DNA of 64,000 nt from Eubacteriales bacterium. Lineage in GTDB: Bacteria; Bacillota; Clostridia; Oscillospirales; QAKW01. Position 1 is the stretch's first letter; every line of letters starts with the position of its first letter. The position numbers and the translations under genes are program-made. Location of the stretch: assembly GCA_045541455.1 (NCBI GenBank), contig JAZQJA010000042.1, positions 26,786 through 90,785 on the forward strand, written 5' to 3'. The notes beneath the pieces are model-generated. The model was not told the DNA's origin, did not search any database, and saw only the letters and a program-made list of their open reading frames with translations. Positions 55,052 to 64,000 of this stretch are shown here, piece after piece.

Positions 55052-56017
55052 ATGATTACACTTTCAAAAATTGCAAAATTGGCAAATGTTTCTGTTTCTA
55101 CTGCTTCAAAGGCCTTTTCAGGCAGTTTGGAAGTAAATGAAGAAACAAGAAATATGATATTTGATATTGCCAAGAAACATCAATGTTTCAAAAAATTTTA
55201 TAATGTGAAATATCCTAAATTGGTAATTGCAATTATAGCACCAGAATTTAAAAGTGCGTATTATACTCGATACCTGTCGTATATTCAAGAGAATCTGGAA
55301 AAGAAAAACTGTGAACTATGTGTTTCAACAACTAATTTTTCATCGCTTAAGGAAAAAGAACTGTTGGAATACTATTATAAGCATTCGGATGTTGATGGTA
55401 TTATTGTCATACAATCACATCTGGATACTGTAAATGAATATGAAATCCCGGTTGTATTTCTAAATTCCATAAGTAGACAAGTATATGATGTTTCGGTTTT
55501 GCACGACTTTACCCCCGCACTTTGTGAGGTGGTTAATTACTTGGCTGATAAAAAAGTTGATTCTATCGGGTTTATCGGCGAGAATTTAACAAGAGAAAAA
55601 CAGAAGATTTTTAAACGCCTTTTAGAAGAAAGAGGTATAAGCTTAAAAGAAAACTATGTAAGCATATCTGATACTCGATTTGAAGAAGGCGGCTATGACG
55701 CAATGGAAAAATTGTTTTCAAAAGGACAATTGCCCAGAGCTGTTGTTTGTGCTTATGACTATATGGCGATTGGCGCAATCAGGTGTATACTTGATCACGG
55801 GTTGTCTGTTCCAAATGATATAGCGGTTATGGGCAGTGATGATATTCTTGAAGCAAAATTCTTAAATCCTCCGCTTGCTTCCATTTCAACACCTATAGAG
55901 GAAATGTGTAAGATAGCTACCGATTCTATTATCAAGAAAATAAACAATAATAATTTCAAATTAAATCAATCTGTTACATCTCAATTCAAATTGAGAAAAT
56001 CTTTTGAAATACTTTAA
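55052..56017 (+). CDS. LacI family transcriptional regulator
   Basis: The N-terminal HTH reads ITLSKIAKLANVSVSTASKAF and is followed by a periplasmic-binding-protein-like sugar-binding fold. Confidence 0.85.
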   Translation: MITLSKIAKLANVSVSTASKAFSGSLEVNEETRNMIFDIAKKHQCFKKFYNVKYPKLVIAIIAPEFKSAYYTRYLSYIQENLEKKNCELCVSTTNFSSLKEKELLEYYYKHSDVDGIIVIQSHLDTVNEYEIPVVFLNSISRQVYDVSVLHDFTPALCEVVNYLADKKVDSIGFIGENLTREKQKIFKRLLEERGISLKENYVSISDTRFEEGGYDAMEKLFSKGQLPRAVVCAYDYMAIGAIRCILDHGLSVPNDIAVMGSDDILEAKFLNPPLASISTPIEEMCKIATDSIIKKINNNNFKLNQSVTSQFKLRKSFEIL

Positions 56018-56073
56018 AACAGTTAAATACCTATAAATAATAAAAGGACTCATTTTGCGAGCCCTTTTATTAT

Positions 56074-57843
56074 TTATTCTATAACGTCATTTTCTCGAAA
56101 TTGTAGTGAGTACAAATTTTTATATGTGCCGTTTGCTTTTATCAGTTCTGTATGTGTGCCGCGCTCTTTGACACAACCGTCAATTATTACAGCAATTTCA
56201 TCTGCATTTCTAATGGTAGAAAGTCGGTGTGCTACTACTAAAGTTGTTCTGCCTTTGCAAAGTTCATCAAGCGCTTGCTGAATAAGAACCTCTGTTGTGT
56301 TGTCCAGTGCACTTGTGGCTTCATCTAAAATAAGAATAGAAGGATCCTTTAAAAATACACGAGCGATACTAATGCGCTGTTTTTGTCCACCCGAGAGTTT
56401 AACACCTCTTTCTCCTATTTCTGTATCGTAACCATTTTCTAGAGATATTATATAATCGTGAATGTTTGCGCGCTTAGCAGCTGTAATCATTTCGTCTTCG
56501 GTTGCTTTGGGATTTCCATACATAATATTATCCCGTACAGTGCCTGCAAATAAAAATACATCTTGTTGAACGATACCTATATTTTTGCGAACAGAATCCA
56601 GTGTTAGTTTTCTTATATCAACACCGTCAATATAAATACTTCCACAGCCGTCTTTTAGTTTATAAAAATTAGGCAATAAATGACAGAGCGTGGTTTTGCC
56701 GCCTCCAGATGGACCGACAAGTGCCAGTTTACATCCCTTATTAATTTTAAGATTTATATTGTGAAGAATGTTATTTTCATCGTAGGCATAAGTTACATTT
56801 TTAAACTCAATATAACCTTTTGCATTGATAAGCGGTATGGCATCTTTTGCATCGGTTTCCGGTGGTTCTTCCATTATTTCAACAAAACGTTTAAATCCGC
56901 TTACACCATTTTGGAATTGTTCCATAAAACCTATTAGTGTATTAACAGGGTTTATAAACAGATTGACAGAAACGATAAAAGTCGAATAATCGCCAAACGA
57001 AATTCTGCCCGAATATAAAAACAGTCCGCCTGCTATTAAAATGAACACGTTAAAAATATCGGTAATAAAGGAAGTAGATGCATGAAATTTAGCCATAGCA
57101 TCGTATGCTCTGCGTGAAGAGTCTACAAATTCTATATCTCCGATCCTAAACTTTTCAACCTCTTGCTTTGAATTGGTATACGCTTTGGTAACTCTGATAC
57201 CAGTGATGCTACTTTCAACAGAGGCATTTATAGTTGCGTTGCTTTTTCTACGATCATCAAAAGCGAGCTTCATAGCTTTTCTATATCGCATAGTAACGAG
57301 AATAAGAATAGGTACACAAGTAAAAACTATGAGAGTTAAAATCCAATCTATAGTAAACAAATAAATAAAAGAGAGAACTATCATTACCGAACTTATCAAG
57401 AGATTTTCAGGTCCGTGATGGGCAAGTTCGCATACTTCAAACAAGTCGCTTGTAATTCTTGTCATAATTCGTCCGGTTTCGTTATTGTCATAAAACTTAA
57501 ACGGAAGTTTTTGTAAATGAGCAAATAAGTCCTGACGCATTTGAGATTGCATACGTACGCCTATAATATGTCCGTAATATTGAACAAAATAGCGAAGTAA
57601 CATACGAATGAGATATAAAACCAAAACGATAATACCTGAAACAACGATTGCACTATACATCTCAAATTTAATATATTCGTTTAGCATTTTGTTGGTAACT
57701 ATAGGGTAAACCATCCCTATAACTGAAATCATTAATGATGCAAGCATATCTAATGCCAGCATTTTTTTATGAGGTTTATAGTAACTAATAAAACGTTTTA
57801 ACATTAAATTATTATTCTCCGCCAAATATTGAATATTAATCAT
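56074..57843 (-). CDS. ABC exporter, fused permease/ATPase (MsbA/type I exporter fold)
   Basis: Six N-terminal TM helices are followed by Walker A GPSGGGKTT, signature LSGGQKQR and Walker B ILILDEATS. Confidence 0.9.
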   Translation of the reverse strand: MINIQYLAENNNLMLKRFISYYKPHKKMLALDMLASLMISVIGMVYPIVTNKMLNEYIKFEMYSAIVVSGIIVLVLYLIRMLLRYFVQYYGHIIGVRMQSQMRQDLFAHLQKLPFKFYDNNETGRIMTRITSDLFEVCELAHHGPENLLISSVMIVLSFIYLFTIDWILTLIVFTCVPILILVTMRYRKAMKLAFDDRRKSNATINASVESSITGIRVTKAYTNSKQEVEKFRIGDIEFVDSSRRAYDAMAKFHASTSFITDIFNVFILIAGGLFLYSGRISFGDYSTFIVSVNLFINPVNTLIGFMEQFQNGVSGFKRFVEIMEEPPETDAKDAIPLINAKGYIEFKNVTYAYDENNILHNINLKINKGCKLALVGPSGGGKTTLCHLLPNFYKLKDGCGSIYIDGVDIRKLTLDSVRKNIGIVQQDVFLFAGTVRDNIMYGNPKATEDEMITAAKRANIHDYIISLENGYDTEIGERGVKLSGGQKQRISIARVFLKDPSILILDEATSALDNTTEVLIQQALDELCKGRTTLVVAHRLSTIRNADEIAVIIDGCVKERGTHTELIKANGTYKNLYSLQFRENDVIE

Positions 57844-57967
57844 ATTATAAACGTAAAATTAACTTTCGTCAACTTTTTGGCTTATTATAAATTAAGATTA
57901 AAATTTCAGACGTCGGTAGTTTTTTTATGCTCTTTTTCAGTTATTCTAATAAAGGAGGTATTTTAAA

Positions 57968-59362
57968 ATGAAAGATAATAATATTAACGAATCAATGTTA
58001 ACATCCCTTCCTGATTATAAATCTCAACTTATTGAAATTATAAAAAGTAATTTATCTCCAAACCGTATGCGTGAAAAAATTCTTGAATATCACAAAAATG
58101 ATATTGCTGCAACGCTTGAAAATTTGAATAGGGAAGATCGAGAAAAGCTTTACCGTTTGTTTGATACACAAACATTAGCGGATATACTTGAATATGCCGA
58201 CTCAATCACTGATTATATTTTAGAACTGAGTATTTTAAAACGCGTTGAAATTTTTTCGCGTTTGGAGGTAAATACAGCAGTTGAGTGTTTGCACCTTATG
58301 TCCAAATCCGAGCGGGCAACACTTATTGAACTTATTCCTGATGACACAAAACGAGAAATAATTCTTTTGAGTTCGTTTGACGATAACGAAATCGGTAGTA
58401 AAATGAGCACTAATTATATTTGTATTTCAAATGATAACAGTGTTCGTGATGCTATGAAACAGCTTGTTTCTCAAGCAGCTCAAAATGATAATATTTCAAC
58501 TGTTTTTATTGCCGAGCCTGATGCGACTTTTGTAGGAGCCGTTGATTTAAAAGATCTTATTATTGCCAGAGAAACAGTAAAACTTGCTGATATAATAATG
58601 TCTTCTTACCCTTATGTGTATGCAAATGAACCTATAGATGAGTGTATAGAACGCATTAAAGGTTATTCAGAAGATTTAATTCCCGTATTGGATTCGGATA
58701 ATAAATTGCGCGGTGTTTTAACATCTCAAGATATTGCCGAACTAGCACTCGATATTTTCGGCGATGATTACGCCAAATTTGCAGGACTTACCGCTGAGGA
58801 AGACCTTAACGAACCTCTTAAAAAAAGTATTTCAAAACGTTTGCCTTGGCTTGTGATTTTACTCGCTTTAGGGCTTGTAGTAAGTGGAGTGGTAGGCGCG
58901 TTTGAAAACGTTATTTCAAGCCTTAGTATAATAGTAAGCTTTCAATCGCTCATTTTAGGTATGGCAGGTAATGCAGGTACCCAGTCCCTTGCTGTTACTA
59001 TCCGTGTGTTAATGGATGAACAGGTAGATTGTAAGAAGAAAATGTATCTGGTTTTAAAAGAGGCTCGTGTCGGTTTTACAAATGGTGTATTGCTTGGAAC
59101 TCTTTCATTTTTTATAATTGGCGTATATCTTGCATTTGTAAAATCAAATCCTATCACGCTGTCTTTTTCTGTATCACTTTGCACATGCATAGCTCTCATT
59201 ATTTCAATGCTTCTTTCAAGTATATCAGGAACTACAATACCTCTCATATTCAAAAAATTCGGAATTGACCCTGCTGTAGCATCCGGACCGCTTATTACAA
59301 CAACTAATGACCTTGTAGCCGTTGTTTCATATTACGGTCTTGTATGGGTACTTTTACTGTGA
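57968..59362 (+). CDS. mgtE: Magnesium transporter MgtE
   Basis: The N-domain, a CBS pair and a 5-TM C-terminal domain with the ...PLITTTNDLVAV... pattern are present. Confidence 0.9.
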   Translation: MKDNNINESMLTSLPDYKSQLIEIIKSNLSPNRMREKILEYHKNDIAATLENLNREDREKLYRLFDTQTLADILEYADSITDYILELSILKRVEIFSRLEVNTAVECLHLMSKSERATLIELIPDDTKREIILLSSFDDNEIGSKMSTNYICISNDNSVRDAMKQLVSQAAQNDNISTVFIAEPDATFVGAVDLKDLIIARETVKLADIIMSSYPYVYANEPIDECIERIKGYSEDLIPVLDSDNKLRGVLTSQDIAELALDIFGDDYAKFAGLTAEEDLNEPLKKSISKRLPWLVILLALGLVVSGVVGAFENVISSLSIIVSFQSLILGMAGNAGTQSLAVTIRVLMDEQVDCKKKMYLVLKEARVGFTNGVLLGTLSFFIIGVYLAFVKSNPITLSFSVSLCTCIALIISMLLSSISGTTIPLIFKKFGIDPAVASGPLITTTNDLVAVVSYYGLVWVLLL

Positions 59363-59435
59363 AATCTTTTCTTTACATTCTCTTGATTCAATATTATAAT
59401 ATTTATTGCAATATATTAGTTAAGAGGTAGAATTA

Positions 59436-60716
59436 TTGAAAGCAGCTTTTTACACACTCGGTTGCAAAGTGAACCAATATGATACACAAATGATGTCAGA
59501 GAAACTTGAACTGTCAGGCTTTGAAATAGTCAGTTTTGAAGATTTAGCAGATGTTTATGTCATTAATACTTGCACAGTTACTCAAATATCTGATAAAAAA
59601 AGCCGTAATATAATTTCGCGAGCTCGCCGCCGTAATCCAAATTCAGTCATAGTTGTTTGCGGTTGTTTTTCGCAAGTTTCTCCTGATGAGGTAAAGGATA
59701 TTGAAGGGGTTGATATTGTTATCGGCACATCAAACCGCGCAGATATTCTTTACTATATAAACAGTTTTTTGAAATCAGGTAATCAAATTGTAGATGTCAG
59801 CAGGCATGATAATATTACGAACGAAAATATAACTACATTTTCAGAAAAAACTCGTGCAATTTTAAAAATTGAAGATGGTTGCCGTAATTTTTGCAGTTAT
59901 TGTCTAATTCCTTTTGCTCGCGGAAAAATAGTATCCAAGCCTCTCGATATGGTGGTGAACGAGGCTGTAGCAGTTGCAAAAAACGGTTATAAAGAAGTTG
60001 TGCTTACAGGTATTCATTTATCATCTTATGGTAAGGATCTTAACGGTGTCGACTTGGCTGACGCAATAAACAAAGTGTCACAGATAGATGAAATTAAGCG
60101 TATACGTTTAGGTTCTTTGGAGCCAATGATAATCACTTCGGGTTTTGTTGAAAAAGTTAGATCCAACCCAAAATTATGCCATTCATTTCATCTTTCCTTG
60201 CAAAGCGGTTGCGATAAAACACTTGGTGATATGAACCGCAAGTATACATCAATGCAGTATAAACAAGCAGTAGACCAACTAAGACTTGCTTTTGACGATG
60301 CTGCAATTACAACAGATGTCATTGTTGGCTTTCCTGGTGAAAGCGATGAAGACTTTAATGAAAGCTTAAATTTTGTAAAAAATATAGGGTTTGCTAAAGT
60401 TCATATTTTCCCTTATTCAAAACGCCGCGGTACAAAAGCCGCTACAATGCCTAATCAACTCACAAAAGAGGTAAAACGCAAGCGTGAAACTCTTTTAAGT
60501 GCGGTCGAAAACCAAACTCGTACAGAATTTATGCAAAAAATGGTAGGTAATGACTACGAAATACTTGTTGAACGTTGCGAGAACAATGAATGTGTAGGCT
60601 TTACAAAAAATTATATTCAAACTAAGTTTGTGGGAGAAAATTCTTTCTGCAACACCTTGATGACAGTAACTGTAACCTCAACCGACGGAATATCTCTGTT
60701 TGGAAAAATTAAATAA
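59436..60716 (+). CDS. mtaB: Radical-SAM tRNA methylthiotransferase, MtaB-like
   Basis: TTG start. The N-terminal TLGCKVNQYD (UPF0004 cluster) and the radical-SAM motif CRNFCSYC are present. Confidence 0.85.
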   Translation: MKAAFYTLGCKVNQYDTQMMSEKLELSGFEIVSFEDLADVYVINTCTVTQISDKKSRNIISRARRRNPNSVIVVCGCFSQVSPDEVKDIEGVDIVIGTSNRADILYYINSFLKSGNQIVDVSRHDNITNENITTFSEKTRAILKIEDGCRNFCSYCLIPFARGKIVSKPLDMVVNEAVAVAKNGYKEVVLTGIHLSSYGKDLNGVDLADAINKVSQIDEIKRIRLGSLEPMIITSGFVEKVRSNPKLCHSFHLSLQSGCDKTLGDMNRKYTSMQYKQAVDQLRLAFDDAAITTDVIVGFPGESDEDFNESLNFVKNIGFAKVHIFPYSKRRGTKAATMPNQLTKEVKRKRETLLSAVENQTRTEFMQKMVGNDYEILVERCENNECVGFTKNYIQTKFVGENSFCNTLMTVTVTSTDGISLFGKIK

Positions 60717-60794
60717 TTGTAATAATTTGTTGACAATTATATCGTATAATGGTAAAATATGGATAATAACAAATATTACAGAGGAACGGTTGAA

Positions 60795-61007
60795 ATGAAT
60801 AATGCAAAAAGACTTCGCAAACTGTATAAACTTACACAAAATGAGATAGCCGATGTTATAGATTATGCAAAGCCGTTGTATGCGGCATTTGAGCTTGAAA
60901 AACTGCCTATGCCTAAAGATAAACTTGAGCAGTTGTCAAAATACTACAATGTATCATTTGAATATATAATTGATAATGACTACAGTAAATGTCAAGAAAG
61001 CCGATAA
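60795..61007 (+). CDS. Small HTH (XRE-like) protein
   Basis: A ~70-aa protein. LRKLYKLTQNEIADVI resembles a Cro/C1-type HTH, but the similarity is weak. Confidence 0.5.
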   Translation: MNNAKRLRKLYKLTQNEIADVIDYAKPLYAAFELEKLPMPKDKLEQLSKYYNVSFEYIIDNDYSKCQESR

Positions 61008-61033
61008 GTAATATCTTGTCGGCTTTCTTGACT
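60992..61033 (+). terminator. Hairpin, probable terminator
   Basis: A 14-bp perfect stem, GTCAAGAAAGCCGA / TCGGCTTTCTTGAC, overlaps the stop codon. A T-rich tail follows. Confidence 0.55.
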
Positions 61034-61081
61034 TATTATTATATAAGTTATATAATAATAAAAAAATTAGGAGAATAAATT

Positions 61082-62491
61082 ATGAGAAACGCCCATCCAA
61101 AATATTTGTGCTATCCTTCGGTTATTTGTGTTGGAAAACAGACAAAAGTTACAATTGTACCACGAGATAACAGCCGTATTTTCCGTGACGGTAAAAAATA
61201 TCAGTTAGGTTTGCTGGGATTGTTTGAGGATATGACAGATCATCATGCTCCTATAGATTATGATACACCTGTTACTGTTGAAAATGGTTGTTTAACCTTT
61301 ACTATTACTGCAACTGCTGAGCAGGAATATTTTGTTTATTTTGCAGAGAGTGGTGCAAAACCAACAAGAATTTCAATTTATGCTGTAGAGGAAGATTTAT
61401 ACAATTTAAGGCCTTTAAAGGGCGATTTCCACACTCATACGTATTACTCTGACGGCAGCGACGGTATAGCAATGACACCTGCAGATTATCGTGAAGAGGG
61501 CTTTGACTTTTTTGCGCTTACCGACCATAACAGAATGTATACCTCTGTTTTAGCAAATGATTTATATGATGGTGTGCCTTTAGGAATACATATTATGCAG
61601 GGTGAAGAAGTTCATACACCCGGCTCAATTTTACATATTGTTCATGCAGGCGGTAAAACAAGTGTTTGTAAAAAATATATACATAATCTGGAACAGTATG
61701 AGCAGCAGGTTGATGAAATCGAAAAAACTTTAACCTCTGTAAATGAAAAATACCGACGTCGTGCTGCTATGGCTGTTTGGGCATGTAATGAAATTCACAA
61801 AGCGGGCGGTATAGCAATTTTTGCGCATCCGTTTTGGTGCCCCAAAATCTATAATGTTTCAAGAGAGTTTTCAGATATTTTATTCAATCTTAAAATTTTT
61901 GATGCATTTGAAATTATGGGTGGTATAGAATCAAAACATAATAATTTGCAGTTAGCTCTCTGGCAAGAACAAGCTTTTAAAGGAAATGTAGTATCTGTTG
62001 TTGGCAGCAGTGATTCTCATAATCACGATTTTGATAAAAACTGTTTTGGCAGAAACTTTACTATAGTTTTTGCAAAATCCAACACTACAGAAGATATATT
62101 AAATGCAGTCTCCTCAGGATATAGTGTTGCAGCTGAACTTCCGCTTGAATCAAATACTGATATACGTTTTTATGGCTCACAATTACGCCTTATCTCTTTC
62201 GCTCGTTTTCTGTATGAAAACTATTTTAATCAGACATGGCGCCTTTGTGTAGGCGAGGGGATACTTATGCGTCGTTATGCAGAGGGTGAACCTGTGGGCG
62301 AACTGCTTTCCTCCTTTAAAGATACCGTTAATAATTTCTATTTACAGTTTTACGGTAAATTACCTGCACCTTTAATAATAGATAGATGTAAAGACTTTTT
62401 AGATACATGCCTTGAGTATCAGCAAAAAGAAGGTCCGCTTACAAAGGGTGGAAGCATTTTTGTTTATGGCGGTAACGAAAGAAGAGAATAG
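61082..62491 (+). CDS. PHP-domain metallohydrolase (CehA/McbA-like) with an N-terminal beta-rich domain
   Basis: GDFHTHTYYSDGSDG, LTDHN and later His ligands (FAHPFW, SSDSHN) are present. Confidence 0.65.
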   Translation: MRNAHPKYLCYPSVICVGKQTKVTIVPRDNSRIFRDGKKYQLGLLGLFEDMTDHHAPIDYDTPVTVENGCLTFTITATAEQEYFVYFAESGAKPTRISIYAVEEDLYNLRPLKGDFHTHTYYSDGSDGIAMTPADYREEGFDFFALTDHNRMYTSVLANDLYDGVPLGIHIMQGEEVHTPGSILHIVHAGGKTSVCKKYIHNLEQYEQQVDEIEKTLTSVNEKYRRRAAMAVWACNEIHKAGGIAIFAHPFWCPKIYNVSREFSDILFNLKIFDAFEIMGGIESKHNNLQLALWQEQAFKGNVVSVVGSSDSHNHDFDKNCFGRNFTIVFAKSNTTEDILNAVSSGYSVAAELPLESNTDIRFYGSQLRLISFARFLYENYFNQTWRLCVGEGILMRRYAEGEPVGELLSSFKDTVNNFYLQFYGKLPAPLIIDRCKDFLDTCLEYQQKEGPLTKGGSIFVYGGNERRE

Positions 62492-62497
62492 TAAATA

Positions 62498-62531
62498 AAA
62501 AATAAAGTCCTCGTTTGAGGACTTTATTTTT
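62498..62531. terminator. Bidirectional intrinsic terminator
   Basis: AAATAAAGTCCTC-GTTT-GAGGACTTTATTT lies between convergent genes. Confidence 0.8.
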
Positions 62532-62545
62532 ATTTATGGATATTA

Positions 62546-63784
62546 TTAGTATACTCTAATAGGACCTACATCTCTGATTTTTAATAAGTAACAGCAACCG
62601 TCGCCGAATACAGATTCCATTTTCTTTACGTATGTATCAACCATATCATTGGGAACATAGGCTTGCATTGTGCCACCAAAACCGCCGCCGTGCACACGAG
62701 ATGCACCTTTGCCGTCAAGCAATTGTTCTGAAAGACAAACAGCAAGCGACATTCCTTGGCTTGTTGGTTTTTTATCGGAATATATATTCTGTAAATATCT
62801 GAAAGATGACATTCCCGAACGATTCACTATACTCAAAAACTTGTTAAAGTCGTTATCTTTTAATGCATTTGCAAGTTTAATAACATTTTCATTTTCGTTA
62901 AAATAGTGGAAAGCACGGATTAAAGCACGCTCTGGAAGTTTTGCTTTAAGGTTGGGCAGTGCATCAAAAAAGTCATTGTAATCCACTTCACGCAATACTT
63001 GTTTACCAAAATAACCTGCAACTGCTTGCATTTCAGATTTTATAGCAACATAATCGTCTGTTAAATCGGCATGGTCGCAACGTGTGTCGGTTATAACCAT
63101 ACTGTATCCGGTTGCAGTAAAATCAAATGGAAGCTTTTGTACTATCGGGTCTGTTGGATTTTCAAAATCAATTGAAATAATACCGCCGTAAGCACAAGAT
63201 AACTGGTCAAGAAGTCCGGATGCTTTTCCGAAATATACATTTTCGGCATATTGAGAAGCAATAGCCATAGTTTTAGCATCAATTTTTTCGTCATTGTATA
63301 AACTGTTTAAAATAAATGCCATTATAATTTCAAACGCTGCAGATGATGAAAGGCCTGAGCCTTTAAGTACATCATTTGTAGTAAAAGCATCAAAACCGCC
63401 GATGTTGTAGCCCATATCGGTGTATTTTTTGCAAACACCTTTGACAAGAGAAGTTGAATTTCCTTCTTCGCTGTCAACCTTTTCAAGTTTAGTAATATCA
63501 ATGTTAATATCGCCAAAGCCTTTTGCCTTAATGCATATTTTACCGTCGTCACGTTTTGCAACAAATGCAAGCGTGTCAAGGTTAATAGAAGCACCCACGG
63601 CTTTGCCTAAGTTATGGTCTGTATGGTTGCCACATATTTCGCTTCTACCCGGAGCACTAAAAACAAATTGTGCTTCATAACCAAAAGCTTGTTTAAAATC
63701 TATTGCTGTGCGCTTATATCTTTCAAGTTGATAGTCTAACAGATGTTTGGGATAGAACGAAAGTTTTTCTTTGCAAAATTCCAT
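62546..63784 (-). CDS. galK: GHMP kinase of the galactokinase family
   Basis: SAPGRSEICGNHTDHNLG (galactokinase-signature-like) and the GHMP ATP motif GSGLSSSAA are present. The ATG at 63784 follows AGGAG. Confidence 0.75.
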   Translation of the reverse strand: MEFCKEKLSFYPKHLLDYQLERYKRTAIDFKQAFGYEAQFVFSAPGRSEICGNHTDHNLGKAVGASINLDTLAFVAKRDDGKICIKAKGFGDINIDITKLEKVDSEEGNSTSLVKGVCKKYTDMGYNIGGFDAFTTNDVLKGSGLSSSAAFEIIMAFILNSLYNDEKIDAKTMAIASQYAENVYFGKASGLLDQLSCAYGGIISIDFENPTDPIVQKLPFDFTATGYSMVITDTRCDHADLTDDYVAIKSEMQAVAGYFGKQVLREVDYNDFFDALPNLKAKLPERALIRAFHYFNENENVIKLANALKDNDFNKFLSIVNRSGMSSFRYLQNIYSDKKPTSQGMSLAVCLSEQLLDGKGASRVHGGGFGGTMQAYVPNDMVDTYVKKMESVFGDGCCYLLKIRDVGPIRVY

Positions 63785-63930
63785 GATGTATCTCCTGACT
63801 TTTATTTTATCTATTTTATTATATATTATAATAATACTAATTTCAATAATTTTGAAATTTTTTAGTATTTTTTTAAAAAAACTCTTTACAACTTTACGAT
63901 TTAATGATATACTAGTCAAGCATTTCGCAA

Positions 63931-64000
63931 TGGGATATAGCCAAGTTGGTAAGGCAATGGATTCTGACTCCATCACTGCGTAGGTTCGAGTCCTACTATC
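63931..64000 (+). tRNA. tRNA-Gln (anticodon CUG), 3' end cut by the window edge
   Basis: The acceptor 5' strand is TGGGATA. The anticodon stem-loop is ATGGA-TTCTGAC-TCCAT. The T-arm is GTAGG-TTCGAGT-CCTAC. The window ends within the 3' acceptor strand. Confidence 0.85.

Noticed and set aside
54907-55173. An 88-aa ORF on the minus strand overlapping the LacI-family gene start, and the 63-aa ORF at 54446-54637(-).
   Set aside because: Both lie in AT-rich intergenic DNA or overlap the promoter, Shine-Dalgarno sequence and terminator hairpins. Neither has a Shine-Dalgarno sequence, and the translations look like non-coding sequence.
57844-57967. An M-box (Mg2+) riboswitch upstream of mgtE.
   Set aside because: The gap is only 124 nt, is AT-rich, and lacks the long paired helices and conserved G-rich core of the M-box.

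Overview
This window looks like a chromosomal segment of a low-GC, endospore-forming Firmicute of class Clostridia. That assignment is an inference from gene content: ytfJ, yabP-yabQ-divIC, the spoIIAA-spoIIAB-sigF operon, T-box leaders, CIRCE, and an electron-bifurcating type [FeFe]-hydrogenase. Most of the window is core housekeeping. It includes engB, scpAB, rluB, ackA, pcrA, hpf, clpB, folC, valS, rplM-rpsI, hppA, serA, pheST, alr, mgtE, mtaB and galK. I could support two T-box leaders (valS with a GUU specifier, pheST with a UUC specifier), a perfect CIRCE operator in front of clpB, several consensus sigma-A promoters, many intrinsic terminators, tRNA-Leu(GAG) and a truncated tRNA-Gln(CUG). 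No CRISPR array, rRNA, transposase or integrase is visible. Eight regions deserve a second look:
1. A ~245-nt multi-hairpin intergenic element closed by an 11-bp perfect stem between the convergent ackA and pcrA genes.
2. A five-gene module (DRTGG, GHKL kinase-like, sensory [FeFe]-hydrogenase-like, DRTGG, PHP) directly upstream of a hydC/GHKL/2Fe-2S/hydB/hydA operon.
3. A mazF toxin in the conserved alr-mazEF position with no room for a mazE gene.
4. Direct repeats of ~171/170 bp that duplicate the 3' end of tRNA-Leu.
5. Next to those repeats, an accessory-looking minus-strand operon of XRE regulator, HExxH membrane protease and ABC-2 exporter.
6. In the same cluster, an XRE protein carrying ~19 hydrophobic pentapeptide repeats.
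7. A promoter-to-terminator unit of ~210 nt with no ORF in the 640-nt AT-rich gap at 54.4-55.05 kb.
8. A TSCSPGW variant of the H-cluster L1 motif in HydA.
Functional calls rest on motifs I can read in the translations and on synteny. No database search was run.
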